Assembly: GCA_048013815.1 (NCBI GenBank) | Contig: CM106585.1 | Location: 23,870,001 to 23,934,000, forward strand | Origin: Setoptus koraiensis | Lineage: Eukaryota; Animalia; Arthropoda | Direction: 5' to 3' | DNA: 64,000 nucleotides | Shown here: in pieces, positions 24,352-35,402 of the stretch | Numbering within the stretch: position 1 is the stretch's first letter | How the letters are laid out: the number at the start of each line of letters is the position of its first letter | Notes under the pieces: generated by a model | Databases searched by the model: none | What the model was told of the DNA's origin: nothing | Seen by the model: only the letters and a program-made list of their open reading frames with translations | Position numbers and translations under genes: made by a program

Positions 24352-24600
24352 GCATGCTTCATAGCCGACAGGGAACCGTGCCGAGGTGGTACCCTCACCT
24401 TGGCAATTACCTCCAGAATTGCTTGTGAGAGGGCGCATCGATCGTGCGTGCCAGTAGTGCGCTCACAAGTGCATGAAATGCTAATCAGATGTGCTGCTCA
24501 CAAATGTAGAGAAATAATTGTGTTTAATTATGTTTATTATTGTTACCTGTGAACAAATTTTTCCGCGAGTGTTAAATTTTTATTCTTATATTAGCTTATT

Positions 24601-25572
24601 ATGGATTACCTAAACCTTGTACGCACCGACTTATTAACTGTCTATTGGATGGTACTTTGGACACTCATATGCTCCTATGGGATATTTGTGCTATTACATA
24701 ATGACAGCTCACCCAAATTCTTGGTCAATATTTACGTTTATGGCAAGGCACTCAAATGTGGCAGGCATCCTTTCTGGAAATGGTACCTATTGCCAAAAAG
24801 ATATTTTCTACACTTTTACATCGCAGCCATACTTTTCTGTCTCACTAGTCTATTTATTGTGTCCATTTACTTCTCAGAGTTCTACGTGCAAGCCTCAGAC
24901 AGTGTGAAAGAAATCATTGGACAACCTAATCGGGATCTATTCGCACGATGGTCTTCCAAATTAACTAGTTTCAGAGCGGACAATCTCCGTACGGTTAATT
25001 CATTGATATTTGCTTTGATACTCATAACTATCCAAGTCATTAGACGGGCCTATGAATGTTTATTCATTAGTGTCTATTCCGACACCAAAATCAATCTTAT
25101 ACACTACGGATTTGGATTCTTATTCTACTTGGGCATATGTTTCTCAACCATATGTCCCATACTACTTTCAGATAGTAACAAAAGAATCACCTGGCTAGAT
25201 ATACTCGCCAGTATACTGACTATTAAGCACGCCATTGGATTTGTAGTATTCGTTTATGCATCCATCATACAGCACAAGTGTCACATAATATTAGCCAATT
25301 TACGCCGAGACAGATCAGGGCGTGTTATCTCAAAACAATATTATGTTCCATCTGGATATATGTTTCAATTAGTTACATGTCCACACTTTTTTGCAGAAAT
25401 CATTATCTATCTTGTCATATCAATTTTAGTCTGTAGTATTGAATGGTTTATCATTGCCACTCTAGTCACATCAAATCAAATAGTGTCTGCACTTATTCAA
25501 CATAGATGGTACAAGTCGGTTTACAAAGAGTATCCAACCGATCGAAAGGCTATAATACCTTTTCTCTTATGA
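24601..25572 (+). CDS. SRD5A3: Polyprenol reductase (steroid 5-alpha-reductase 3 family), 323 aa, single exon
   Basis: Multi-pass hydrophobic protein with YGK, LPKRYFLHFY, QVIRRAYEC, HYxxG, QHKCHIILANLR, FQLVTCPHFFAEI and YPTDRKAIIPFLL motifs. Confidence 0.93.
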   Translation: MDYLNLVRTDLLTVYWMVLWTLICSYGIFVLLHNDSSPKFLVNIYVYGKALKCGRHPFWKWYLLPKRYFLHFYIAAILFCLTSLFIVSIYFSEFYVQASDSVKEIIGQPNRDLFARWSSKLTSFRADNLRTVNSLIFALILITIQVIRRAYECLFISVYSDTKINLIHYGFGFLFYLGICFSTICPILLSDSNKRITWLDILASILTIKHAIGFVVFVYASIIQHKCHIILANLRRDRSGRVISKQYYVPSGYMFQLVTCPHFFAEIIIYLVISILVCSIEWFIIATLVTSNQIVSALIQHRWYKSVYKEYPTDRKAIIPFLL

Positions 25573-26128
25573 TTAATTATGTTGTCCGAAATCAATATTT
25601 AAGTTGTCCTAGAAGATCAAATTTATTTGTTCACTACACCACTAATATAATAAACTTATCTGATAGACTAATCTGGTCGCCTTGATAACATTCAAGTCAG
25701 CCGCTCGCAATACGTCTTATGGGACGACAAATGTAAATGTCACGATGCATATTATCATGTACTGTGAAAAGCAGAAACTAGTTTTCCTCTTTGTGAACAT
25801 ATTATTATAAGACATGCTGAATGAGAAACCAAGGAGATACTTGATAAGACTCTAATCTGATGTAGATGCGACAAAAATAAATGGGAAATTTCGCAATATT
25901 CAACAAAACACCTTTTCGCAACACTAGAGACATTTCGCCACAAATCCACCTACCAACCTACCAATGTAGTCAATGCAAAACAAATTTAAAAAACAACACC
26001 TCGAATACTCAATCGGAATGGGATCAAGTAATATCAATCTCTGAATCGAATCAGCACTATCCTCCGTGATATTACATGCGACAATTGTTGTTCCTAGATT
26101 CAGCAAGACAGACACCCAACAATTTCAA

Positions 26129-27409
26129 ATGGAGCATTTTCAAAATAGAATGAGATGTTGTTGTTATTTAATTTTGATATATTATAGTCTTTTTGGTACA
26201 ATCATCAGAGCTACACCAATACAGCCGGTTAATCATAATTTGAACCCTCAAAATAACTTCAGTTCCAAGCAACTCAAGAGTAACAACGTTGGTGAAATAT
26301 CCCGACATTTCACTGATCGAGAATTGCTGGATAGAATGTCAACCAATCAAATGAGTCAAACACCTTCCAAAAACACTCATCATCAATTAGCATCTGCGCC
26401 TCTGATACCAAAACCTTACAACGGCACTCGGAGACAGGCAAGAAATGAGAAGCAGCAGATGGGAGCAGCATCTATTGAAGCGCCCACCGGAATTCATTTT
26501 GTTGGTCATAACAAAGGACTGCATTCGCAGGAATCCCAATCTGAAAATAATGTGTCAAACAGTTGCTCCAGATCATCTAGTCAAGACAAGTATAGCAAGA
26601 ATTTTTTAGGTTCTTTTTGTGAGGAAGTAGACGATTATCCACTTGACGAAATCCGAGAAGCTCTTAAGGGTAGATCAGACGAATACAAGGACTTGTTTAA
26701 CTCTATTGACACAGCCATCGGACCTGACGAAGGCCTCACTGAGCGAAAGATGTACAATGATGATAGCAGTCTAGGTCTAGAGGAGCGTATTTGTCCTAGT
26801 GTATCTAGAACAATTTATCCAAAGAAGGCGAAGAATCGTTATAATAGATGGATGTATGTGGTGAATGATGTTGAATTCACCCAAGTAATCAACGCTGAGA
26901 TATGTGAGTCTGATGGTGGACAATGTAGATATTTGGATTACAATCTACCATCTGGAATGGAGTCTAGATGTAAACAAAAGTACGCTTATAAAAAATTGTT
27001 GGCCACGACACAAAAGGGTGAACGGGTGGTGGCCGATGTTTTTCAATTCCCATCATGTTGTTCTTGTTTTGTTAAAAACACAATTGAGTCCAGAAATTTT
27101 TTCAAACCGGCTGCCACGTCACCCATCACATTATTAGCTGATCAAACAACTGAAACGTACCTAAAACCCCCTTCATCTTCTGGAGACTCAGAACAAGTGT
27201 CAGCAAATTCCAACAAAAGTCAAATGATTGTGTTCGAAAATTCGACACCGGATTTATTATCTCCTACAGCTCTATTCGCGAGCGAACCTATTATATATCA
27301 AAAAAACGCCAACACCTCTTCTGTGATTGTAAAGCCAACAAGTGATGGATCAACATTGATAAAATTTGACTCAGATGAACCAGTGAGACGTCAAAGAATC
27401 TTGCATTGA
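26129..27409 (+). CDS. Spaetzle-family (cystine-knot Toll ligand) precursor, single exon; start probably ATG 26129 or 26150
   Basis: Signal-peptide-like MRCCCYLILIYYSLFGTIIRA, basic site RRQAR, FCEEVDDYP, and cystine knot ICPS...EIC...GQC...SRCKQKY...FPSCCSC. I could not determine the paralogue. Confidence 0.88.
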   Translation: MEHFQNRMRCCCYLILIYYSLFGTIIRATPIQPVNHNLNPQNNFSSKQLKSNNVGEISRHFTDRELLDRMSTNQMSQTPSKNTHHQLASAPLIPKPYNGTRRQARNEKQQMGAASIEAPTGIHFVGHNKGLHSQESQSENNVSNSCSRSSSQDKYSKNFLGSFCEEVDDYPLDEIREALKGRSDEYKDLFNSIDTAIGPDEGLTERKMYNDDSSLGLEERICPSVSRTIYPKKAKNRYNRWMYVVNDVEFTQVINAEICESDGGQCRYLDYNLPSGMESRCKQKYAYKKLLATTQKGERVVADVFQFPSCCSCFVKNTIESRNFFKPAATSPITLLADQTTETYLKPPSSSGDSEQVSANSNKSQMIVFENSTPDLLSPTALFASEPIIYQKNANTSSVIVKPTSDGSTLIKFDSDEPVRRQRILH

Positions 27410-29132
27410 CGGCATGGATGAATGATTAAATCGATCTTAACTCTACTTGCACCAATGCAACTGAATAAGATTGAGTCGACTAAATACAATCGTAATCACC
27501 CACAATATAGCTCTCTGTGATGAAATACTGAATCAAAGTTTGCAATTCGCATAATACTTCCGAGATAAAACCCCTTTGAGTTCACGTTGGTCGCTTGAAA
27601 TGAATTTCAATTCGACGAGCCAGGAGAACAAAACTGTAAAATTTTAAGTGTAAAGGCGTATATGAAGCAGCCTCACAAAGGCTTTTCGGAAAACTAAACA
27701 CTCAGAAGTTGTTGTTCGAATCCTATCTAGAGCCTCATCAATTACCGCTATTCAGGATCAAGTTGGTTTGGTTTGGATCGAATCAGAGCTTACTTATGAA
27801 TTATTGATAGGCCAATTCGTTTATCCCTAACTACATATGATGATTGATCATATGTAGGATAAGATAGGAGTATACAAGAAAGACTATGACGAATGAAAGG
27901 CGCAACGAAAAAGTTAAACAAAACGACTTTGAACTTAAAAGTTCGAAGAGTGACAACTCTGTTCGTAAACAAATCATTGGTTGCTCCGTCTGGGAGTCGC
28001 CTCTCATCTTTAGATTCGCCATCATTAGCATTACAAGAACCAGGAAAGAGTATTACTCAATCTAAATTGCCATTACATCCTCATTTATTCTGCAATTGAA
28101 ACATCTTTTATCTAAACAACACACTGTGTGATGGCGCCTTGTCAATAGTAGTCCTCTCTGAAATAGAACCTTATTTACTTACCATCACAGCAACTAGCGT
28201 GAATAAATCCCAAGATAATTCTGCCAGAATGCTTTGTAACAAAGTTACGAAGATTGACGGAGAGCTCCACCAATTGATGACTCGTCTATTGATCAGGATA
28301 TACAAGACTTGCAAGTCGCGACAATACAACAGATAGCTCTATTTAGGCATATAGAGTGAATATCAAGCTTCCACTTTGATCCACAACACAAGCTGCGTAC
28401 GATTATTTGATGATATTCACATATTCCTTATACCATGAATAATCTGAATAATCTGTCGAAAGATTGGGAAGATTCTCATGAATCTTGTGTACTGTAGTAC
28501 TGATTGTATATAGTTAGTGGGTATCATCAACAGAATGATGAATGAAATCAAGAATGACCCGATATGAATGCTTATAAGCAGCCTATTTTACAATGTGCAA
28601 CATCTCTTACATGAGATCAATACCGTCACTAATATCTCGAGCAATTGAAATCATCATAGGTGATTCTGTCTGATTTAATCAATTGTTTAGGTTCGCGATA
28701 ACAATTGTGGTAGACTTTCACAAACAAATACAACAGGCAGCACTGAATCGTCTGGGACACGGTCGAACACCTGAAAGTACGATTCCATACTATCGAGTCA
28801 GACCCCAATCAGCCAATAATTGATGGACTCGCAGTTAGAGAACCATTATATCTTTATCACATCTCATTATTTGTTGCTCATTTGATTTGTACAGTGGCAC
28901 CATGGATGAAATGTTTTAAAGATTACTAGTGTTGTCCTTATATTCCTCGCTAGATCTGATCCCTAATGGTTATCTATCCAATCTCAATACCTCGATTGGA
29001 GATCTTCTCTGGTCCATTATGTTTGATTGTCCATGTATGTCTGAGATTCCTTACTCAGTTCAGTTGAAGGATCCCGAGATACACAATTTGATGCCGGCGT
29101 CAAATTCATCTATTAGTTAGTCAATTCAAATT

Positions 29133-31436
29133 TTATACTAACTTGGATTGGCCATTTCTTTCCTTGTTATCGCACTTTATAAAAGTTTTTGTGGATGATC
29201 TAGATTGATCAGCTTCTAACATGAGATATATTGTGGGACATTTCGCATGCGGGATTTTGTTATCCTTGAGTTTAGTTATGTCATTGATATTGTGATTATT
29301 GGAACCTAAAATTTTTTGGTCACTATTTAGACATTTATGAGATGTATTAGTGGAAGCAGCTAAAAAGTGATACGTCTTCGATACTAATGTATTAATCGGC
29401 ACGTTATCAGTCTTGATTTCACTTAGTTTATCATTGCTTGTTCCAGGAGGTTGAAAATATTTCGCTTCGTTAGCGTTATGTAATTCAATTGATTTGAGCG
29501 ATTCATCAGGTGACCTATGCATCGAGATTTCATCGGTAGCATCTTCATTTAATTCGGGGCAACGTTCCACTGGATCCCGTATGCGATTTTCAAACTGAGA
29601 ATTTATACCTGAAGGATTTATATCATAAATATACTGTGTAGATGGGGTGTTATTCACGATGGAATTGGTCGCGTCGACACTCAATCCGTGTGATTTCAGA
29701 TTATCGTTGGCGTAATCTATTTTCTTTTTCGCTGCTATGGTGAACATTTCTAATAGAACTTGATCTTCCATGGGAGACTCATAATCTCTGTACTCATCTT
29801 GGTATTCACCTTCTCCATTAAGATCTACCCTATGATTGCTATAAGCATCATTGATATCATCTTCTGTAAAATTGGTTTCTAAGGAATCGTTGCTTCTGTA
29901 CTGATCTTTAGTTAAATACTTATTCAATGTTGATCTATCGGTAGATTCGGATAAATTAGCAGTTCGACGTGACACATCAGCCTCATGCAATCGTTTTGTC
30001 AATGATGAAGCACTCGTACCCGTCCTCTGGTCCTTGAAGCTTCGTTTAAGGATTTTTTTTCTGTGAGACTTGGAATTCTCGTTCGTCTTTCCATCCGAGT
30101 CATCTTTGCGGCAGTTTGCATTGGAGTTGGTGTCACAATCAGCGAAACCGGTTGCTTGATTGTCTGTACATTTTATCAAATTACTATTTCTTTGGCTATC
30201 ATTATTGTTATTGTTACTATCATCACCATCATCTTCCACAGGATGCCTGGAATTAGATTGTTCTTCATTTTTGACGGGATGTAGTTGATTCTGACTTTTA
30301 GAATTCTCACTCGCTGGTGGATTCTCTGTGATACTTTCAATATAGTTACTACTTGCGGAACTTGAATTTTCATATTGCTGAGATTTATGCGCCACTGTTG
30401 TTAGCATGATATCTGTTGTGTTGGTTGAGTTAAGTGTAGAGTCAGAATCTTGATTTTCACAATTTCTTTTGTTATCTGGATGAAAATCTAGAACTTTATC
30501 GGTATTACTATCACTGTTTTTGTCGCTGTAGTTATTTTGATGTTTCGGATCTTTCAAATATTCTACAGTAAACATCTCAATTTGTATTTTGTGATTCTTA
30601 TCTGATTTACAACTAGGCCTTGCGATTCGATATGTGAGGCCATTTTTGCGACTTTTGCAAAACTTGTTGAAGTTAAACTGGCTCCTCCCTTTTTCGTTTT
30701 TATTTTTGAAAGATTGACCTCTACTATGTGATCGCAATTTTGTCTCGTTGCTGTGCTGAGAATCGATTATTGTTTTAGCTTTGGATATAGTAACTTTGTG
30801 TTTGTTTCTACTTGTGACTAGGTTATTGGCTTGGTTTTTGTGGACAATGAGAGCGGCTTTAGAATGTAAACAATCCGTTCCAGTTGTTTCCTGTTGTTTG
30901 TGATTTGAGTCTATTTCATTGTCGTCATGCTCGTTGCTGTTATGTACCATAGTCGAATGATTACTATAGTTGCTGCCTTGATAAGACTCAAGACGTTCGT
31001 TTCTGCTGCCATTATTGTGATTGTTGTTACGATGATAATCATTATGAGCTATATTGATTTTCTTTTTACTAGATCTCAGATTTTGATTTTGACTGTTAAT
31101 GGTGTTGGCGCTGCTCATTCCATTGTAAGTGGCGTCATGGTGGCTCTCATCAAAGCAAGTTGTCGTTTTATTGCATTTATAACAACAACAAAGAATGGCA
31201 CAACATTTGTAAAATGCCATCCGGAAGCCCTGACGAAATCTGTTATTCATCCAAAAATATATGATCGGATTAGTGATGGTGTGGCACATGGCAAGATAAT
31301 GGGTCACAAACCAAATATATATTATGCAGTCCAGTTCATAGATGGCTTTGTAGTAGTCGCCTATAACCATTAATGCGTTAAATGGAAGCCAAGTGAGCGC
31401 GAAGGCTATAACACAAAATATGACCATTTTAATCAT
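29133..31436 (-). CDS. RYa-R: RYamide receptor-type GPCR, exon 4 (TM6, TM7, helix 8, ~700-aa tail)
   Basis: MIKMVIFCVIAFALTWLPFN (TM6), TNPIIYFWMNNRFRQGF (NPxxY, helix 8), Cys cluster. Acceptor ...GTCTAG at 31437 joins in phase 0 to RSKRK of exon 3. Confidence 0.9.
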   Translation of the reverse strand: MIKMVIFCVIAFALTWLPFNALMVIGDYYKAIYELDCIIYIWFVTHYLAMCHTITNPIIYFWMNNRFRQGFRMAFYKCCAILCCCYKCNKTTTCFDESHHDATYNGMSSANTINSQNQNLRSSKKKINIAHNDYHRNNNHNNGSRNERLESYQGSNYSNHSTMVHNSNEHDDNEIDSNHKQQETTGTDCLHSKAALIVHKNQANNLVTSRNKHKVTISKAKTIIDSQHSNETKLRSHSRGQSFKNKNEKGRSQFNFNKFCKSRKNGLTYRIARPSCKSDKNHKIQIEMFTVEYLKDPKHQNNYSDKNSDSNTDKVLDFHPDNKRNCENQDSDSTLNSTNTTDIMLTTVAHKSQQYENSSSASSNYIESITENPPASENSKSQNQLHPVKNEEQSNSRHPVEDDGDDSNNNNNDSQRNSNLIKCTDNQATGFADCDTNSNANCRKDDSDGKTNENSKSHRKKILKRSFKDQRTGTSASSLTKRLHEADVSRRTANLSESTDRSTLNKYLTKDQYRSNDSLETNFTEDDINDAYSNHRVDLNGEGEYQDEYRDYESPMEDQVLLEMFTIAAKKKIDYANDNLKSHGLSVDATNSIVNNTPSTQYIYDINPSGINSQFENRIRDPVERCPELNEDATDEISMHRSPDESLKSIELHNANEAKYFQPPGTSNDKLSEIKTDNVPINTLVSKTYHFLAASTNTSHKCLNSDQKILGSNNHNINDITKLKDNKIPHAKCPTIYLMLEADQSRSSTKTFIKCDNKERNGQSKLV

Positions 31437-34400
31437 CTAGACGTGCGTATCGTAGACGTGTTGTGTACGTGTCACAAAACCAGTAGTTGTGATGATAGTC
31501 AGCGAGGGGATAAAAGGGATCAAGGGGGAGAAAGGGGATAAAAAGGGATAAAGAGCGAGACAATTAATTAGTTATGGCTGTGGCTCGTTCGGTGATTGTT
31601 GCACAATGCCTTGTTAGTCGATGATTCTATTCTATTCTATTTCATTCCATTCTGTTTTATTCTATTCATGAGTCATATTCTATATGCGTCAAATGGAATT
31701 CTGGCGCTTTACTAGTTTGTGTTGCCGAGACACTGACCCAGAATCACGATGAACAGAAACAAAAGCAGTGAGTCTCCTTTGGTCGCCCATCTTGGCACTT
31801 TTGCCCTTCTCCCAAAGGACAATACGTGTAAAACCTTTCTGCTTCTAATTGTAAATTTTACATTATTGTCAATAGTCGTTGTGTCAGCAGCGCATGCAGT
31901 CAAATTCATCGAGCTCATATCTGAGATATTCCAGACAACCGTTGACGATAGATTAACTGGGCATTGCATATGGCACTGGCGGCATGGCAATGGATGGATC
32001 AAGCTGTCTTAACAGTGTCAAGGTGGCCAGATAATTAACGTGGCACGTACGCTGCAATGACATCGCATTCGCTATTTAGTTGTTTCTAGAGACGAAACCA
32101 CAGGTAAAACCAATTTTGTTGTGACGAGAGCAAACACAATATATGATATTATAACCGCAAGCAACTGTAGCCCTGCTCTTGCCCAGCAGCAAAGTCAACA
32201 ACAATCTGACAGTTTGATCGAGCGGATAAAAATTGCAATTGCCTTCTTTCTAGGACAATAGTAATGACAACAATCTATTTGCACCTCATACACAGCTTAT
32301 CTCGCCACCAAAACCAAAGATGGCTACAAATCAATTGAGATAGCCATAAAAGCAACGAATGCTAAGCAAATATTTATGGTGCAATTGCAATGGACATATA
32401 ACCATTAGGCTATAAATATATAACCACTGTATATTCACTATGCTAATCAGCAAGCACGCAATACCGATAATGTATTGCCATGCAATGCACAATATATCTA
32501 ATGTGTTCGGGGCCAAATCATTCATGATCACACTCACACACACGCATAGTGAGAAGTACACACCGATCGAGAACGGATGTAACGGTCGACAAGACAAATA
32601 TGGAACAAAACTGGCCAAATCAATTAGTGCGCCCATCAATGGGCCACCAGCATGAGTTGTGCAGCTGTCAGCAGGAAATGATGGTACCAGAGTATTCTGG
32701 CGTGACTTATGCGACACATGGTGCCACTATGTTCGAATAGCAATTATATCCAACTGAGGCCCTATGCTCATGGTGCCTTCTATTTGCCAAATCGCTCACC
32801 ACTTATTTGTTCAACAGACAAATGTACTATATATGTCTAATATAATTAGTTCCATCAAACCGCTAGTCAGATGCGATTCAATTTGCCTGATTTCGCATTG
32901 TGCCAGTGATAGCTATTAGCAAGATGTCAATTTGAGCATAAAGCACATATAATTGCTCTGATAATATAATATGTGTGCATTGCGTCAGCATACATACAAT
33001 AATAATATTATTATCATTATACTATACTTCAAACCTGTTATGATCAATCTGATAGTATATAGCCATTTGTTTTGGTAACTGTTTGGCACTATTTTGTGTT
33101 GATCGAAGCATTCTCAACGTTTTCAATAACAAACCTTATTATAGGACTGCAACCGCTGTAAACTAAACTGTCACCAACAACGAAATAGTGATAAAGCTTT
33201 AGTTAGGACCATATAGATGGATGAGTTTAGACGAAGCCCAATTGATGCCTGCAACCTGAATGTTGTAACACGACAAAGCTTTCACCAATTTTCAGTTTGC
33301 CCCGCACAGACCCGATAACGGACCATAGCGGAAACAAATGATAAACTCAACTTGAGGTGCACGATGATAACATTATATATAGTTGTTATCGTCAAGAACA
33401 AATATATTCTAGTGGCCCTCTGACGACTCGTCGATCATGGCATGGATCAACTGTGTAGAGTTTGCTCGCAGATCGGGTTCTTGGCACAAGTGACAAGCCG
33501 TATATTAAAAAACGTTTGATCTTATTGATTTCTGTCCATATTGAAGCCCAGCCAGCCTCGATCACTCACTGTGTAGTCGCTGTACTCAGTAAAGATGTGT
33601 AGTGTAACATTGGCGACAGGGGCCTCATTTCAAGAGGACGTTCAGCTGGTTGTTTGGAAAGGTTTTTAAACGAAAATTTCAGCCATGAACTTGGTTCAAA
33701 ATATCGCACACGATTAGTTGTGCATATTTGCATATTTACCCACTATAAAGGTGTAAAAATTTAATAATTTACCTTCGAGACCGAAACTGATGCTGATACT
33801 GTACTCTATCTACCTATTCACCACATAAATTGTCTGTACATTGCAGTGCAACAAAATCTATTACTTGTATATATCATTTAGCCACGAGCTTGCCACTTCG
33901 CTGGCCTCCGTGAATAATGAGCAATCAAGAGCAAGATAAGTCAGTAGCACGTGGCAACGCAGCACCACTAATGGTCAGATAAAACATAATGAGAATAACA
34001 TAAAGGCAAAAGGAGCAAGGGATGAGACATCAAATCTGCGACAACAACCGCGCACTATCTAGCCTAAAAGAAGTGCGACAACAAATTGATTTTATCGGCT
34101 CACGCCATATGCCACTATGGTTGGTATTACCTGGTATATAAAGTAAAACCATGTCCCTACGTGGTAGATATAGTGGTTTTTCCAAAGAAGTTTCGCATCT
34201 CATTGTAATGCAATTTAATATAGTGGAAGCAGCACCAATATATTTGGTCAATATACAGCTACAAAGGAAGCAACAACAAACATTCAGACAGCAAACAAAA
34301 TGCATGTATATACATGCATGGTTGCTGGTAGATGGAATTTCATTGTTCCTCGAGAGGTTCTCTCTGTCAAGACCACCAATCTAGAACGACCACAGATGAA

Positions 34401-35268
34401 TATCCGCTCGAGCTGAATATTGACTGGTATCTTTTGATGTTGTCACTTATTGTTCAGTTTGCCTTTGTTACCATTGTTATCTGTCCCATGGTGGCACAAC
34501 GTGATGCAAAACTGATCTCATAAAAGCTACAAATAATGACCAACTGAACATTTACACCGAAATGTTGGGCTAAAACACTGCGAAATGAGCCGATATTTCC
34601 ATAAAGTGCAACAAATTTCTTGTTGCAACAACAGTAACTAGGTGGTTTAGCTTAGTACAAACAACAGTGCACCGAATCTTCCACCTATTATTGTCGCAAT
34701 TTGTTATTCTAATGTATGATTGTTCCGTTTGAGAAAGCTATACATGTATTTGGTAACCAAGAAATAATGTCTGTAGTATATCTTACCACCGAACATCATA
34801 TTGAACTTGGTTTTATTTATGTAACCACTATCGAAATATTATAAGTATTGACACTTTTCATGCATGATGAGAATATCATGCAATGTCTCAGCTACCACTG
34901 ACCATGAAAAGAGCATCTATCAAAAATTACGTAAGCAATTTCTTTGTACGAGAACAAAGCCCTCTAATTCCGCCAAAGTTGTCACTAGTGATCGTCGTGT
35001 AGTGCAATGTATGACAAATCCAAGAGATGTGTTTGGATATGCAAAGTGATGTCATGAAGCACCGATGACCAATAGTGATGCCACACTGCAGAAGCAATCC
35101 CCAGATCCATCATGAAACGGATCCCAATAGCAATGGTGGCACAATTCATTATGCTACAGTTTGAGCCTGCAAAAAGAAAGATAGAGGCTGTCGAGTAGCA
35201 TGTCAGAACCAGTTAGATTTCAAATAAACTCTTTCACAGATATATTTCTGCTCCTCAATCGAGTTTGT

Positions 35269-35402
<134 letters not shown>

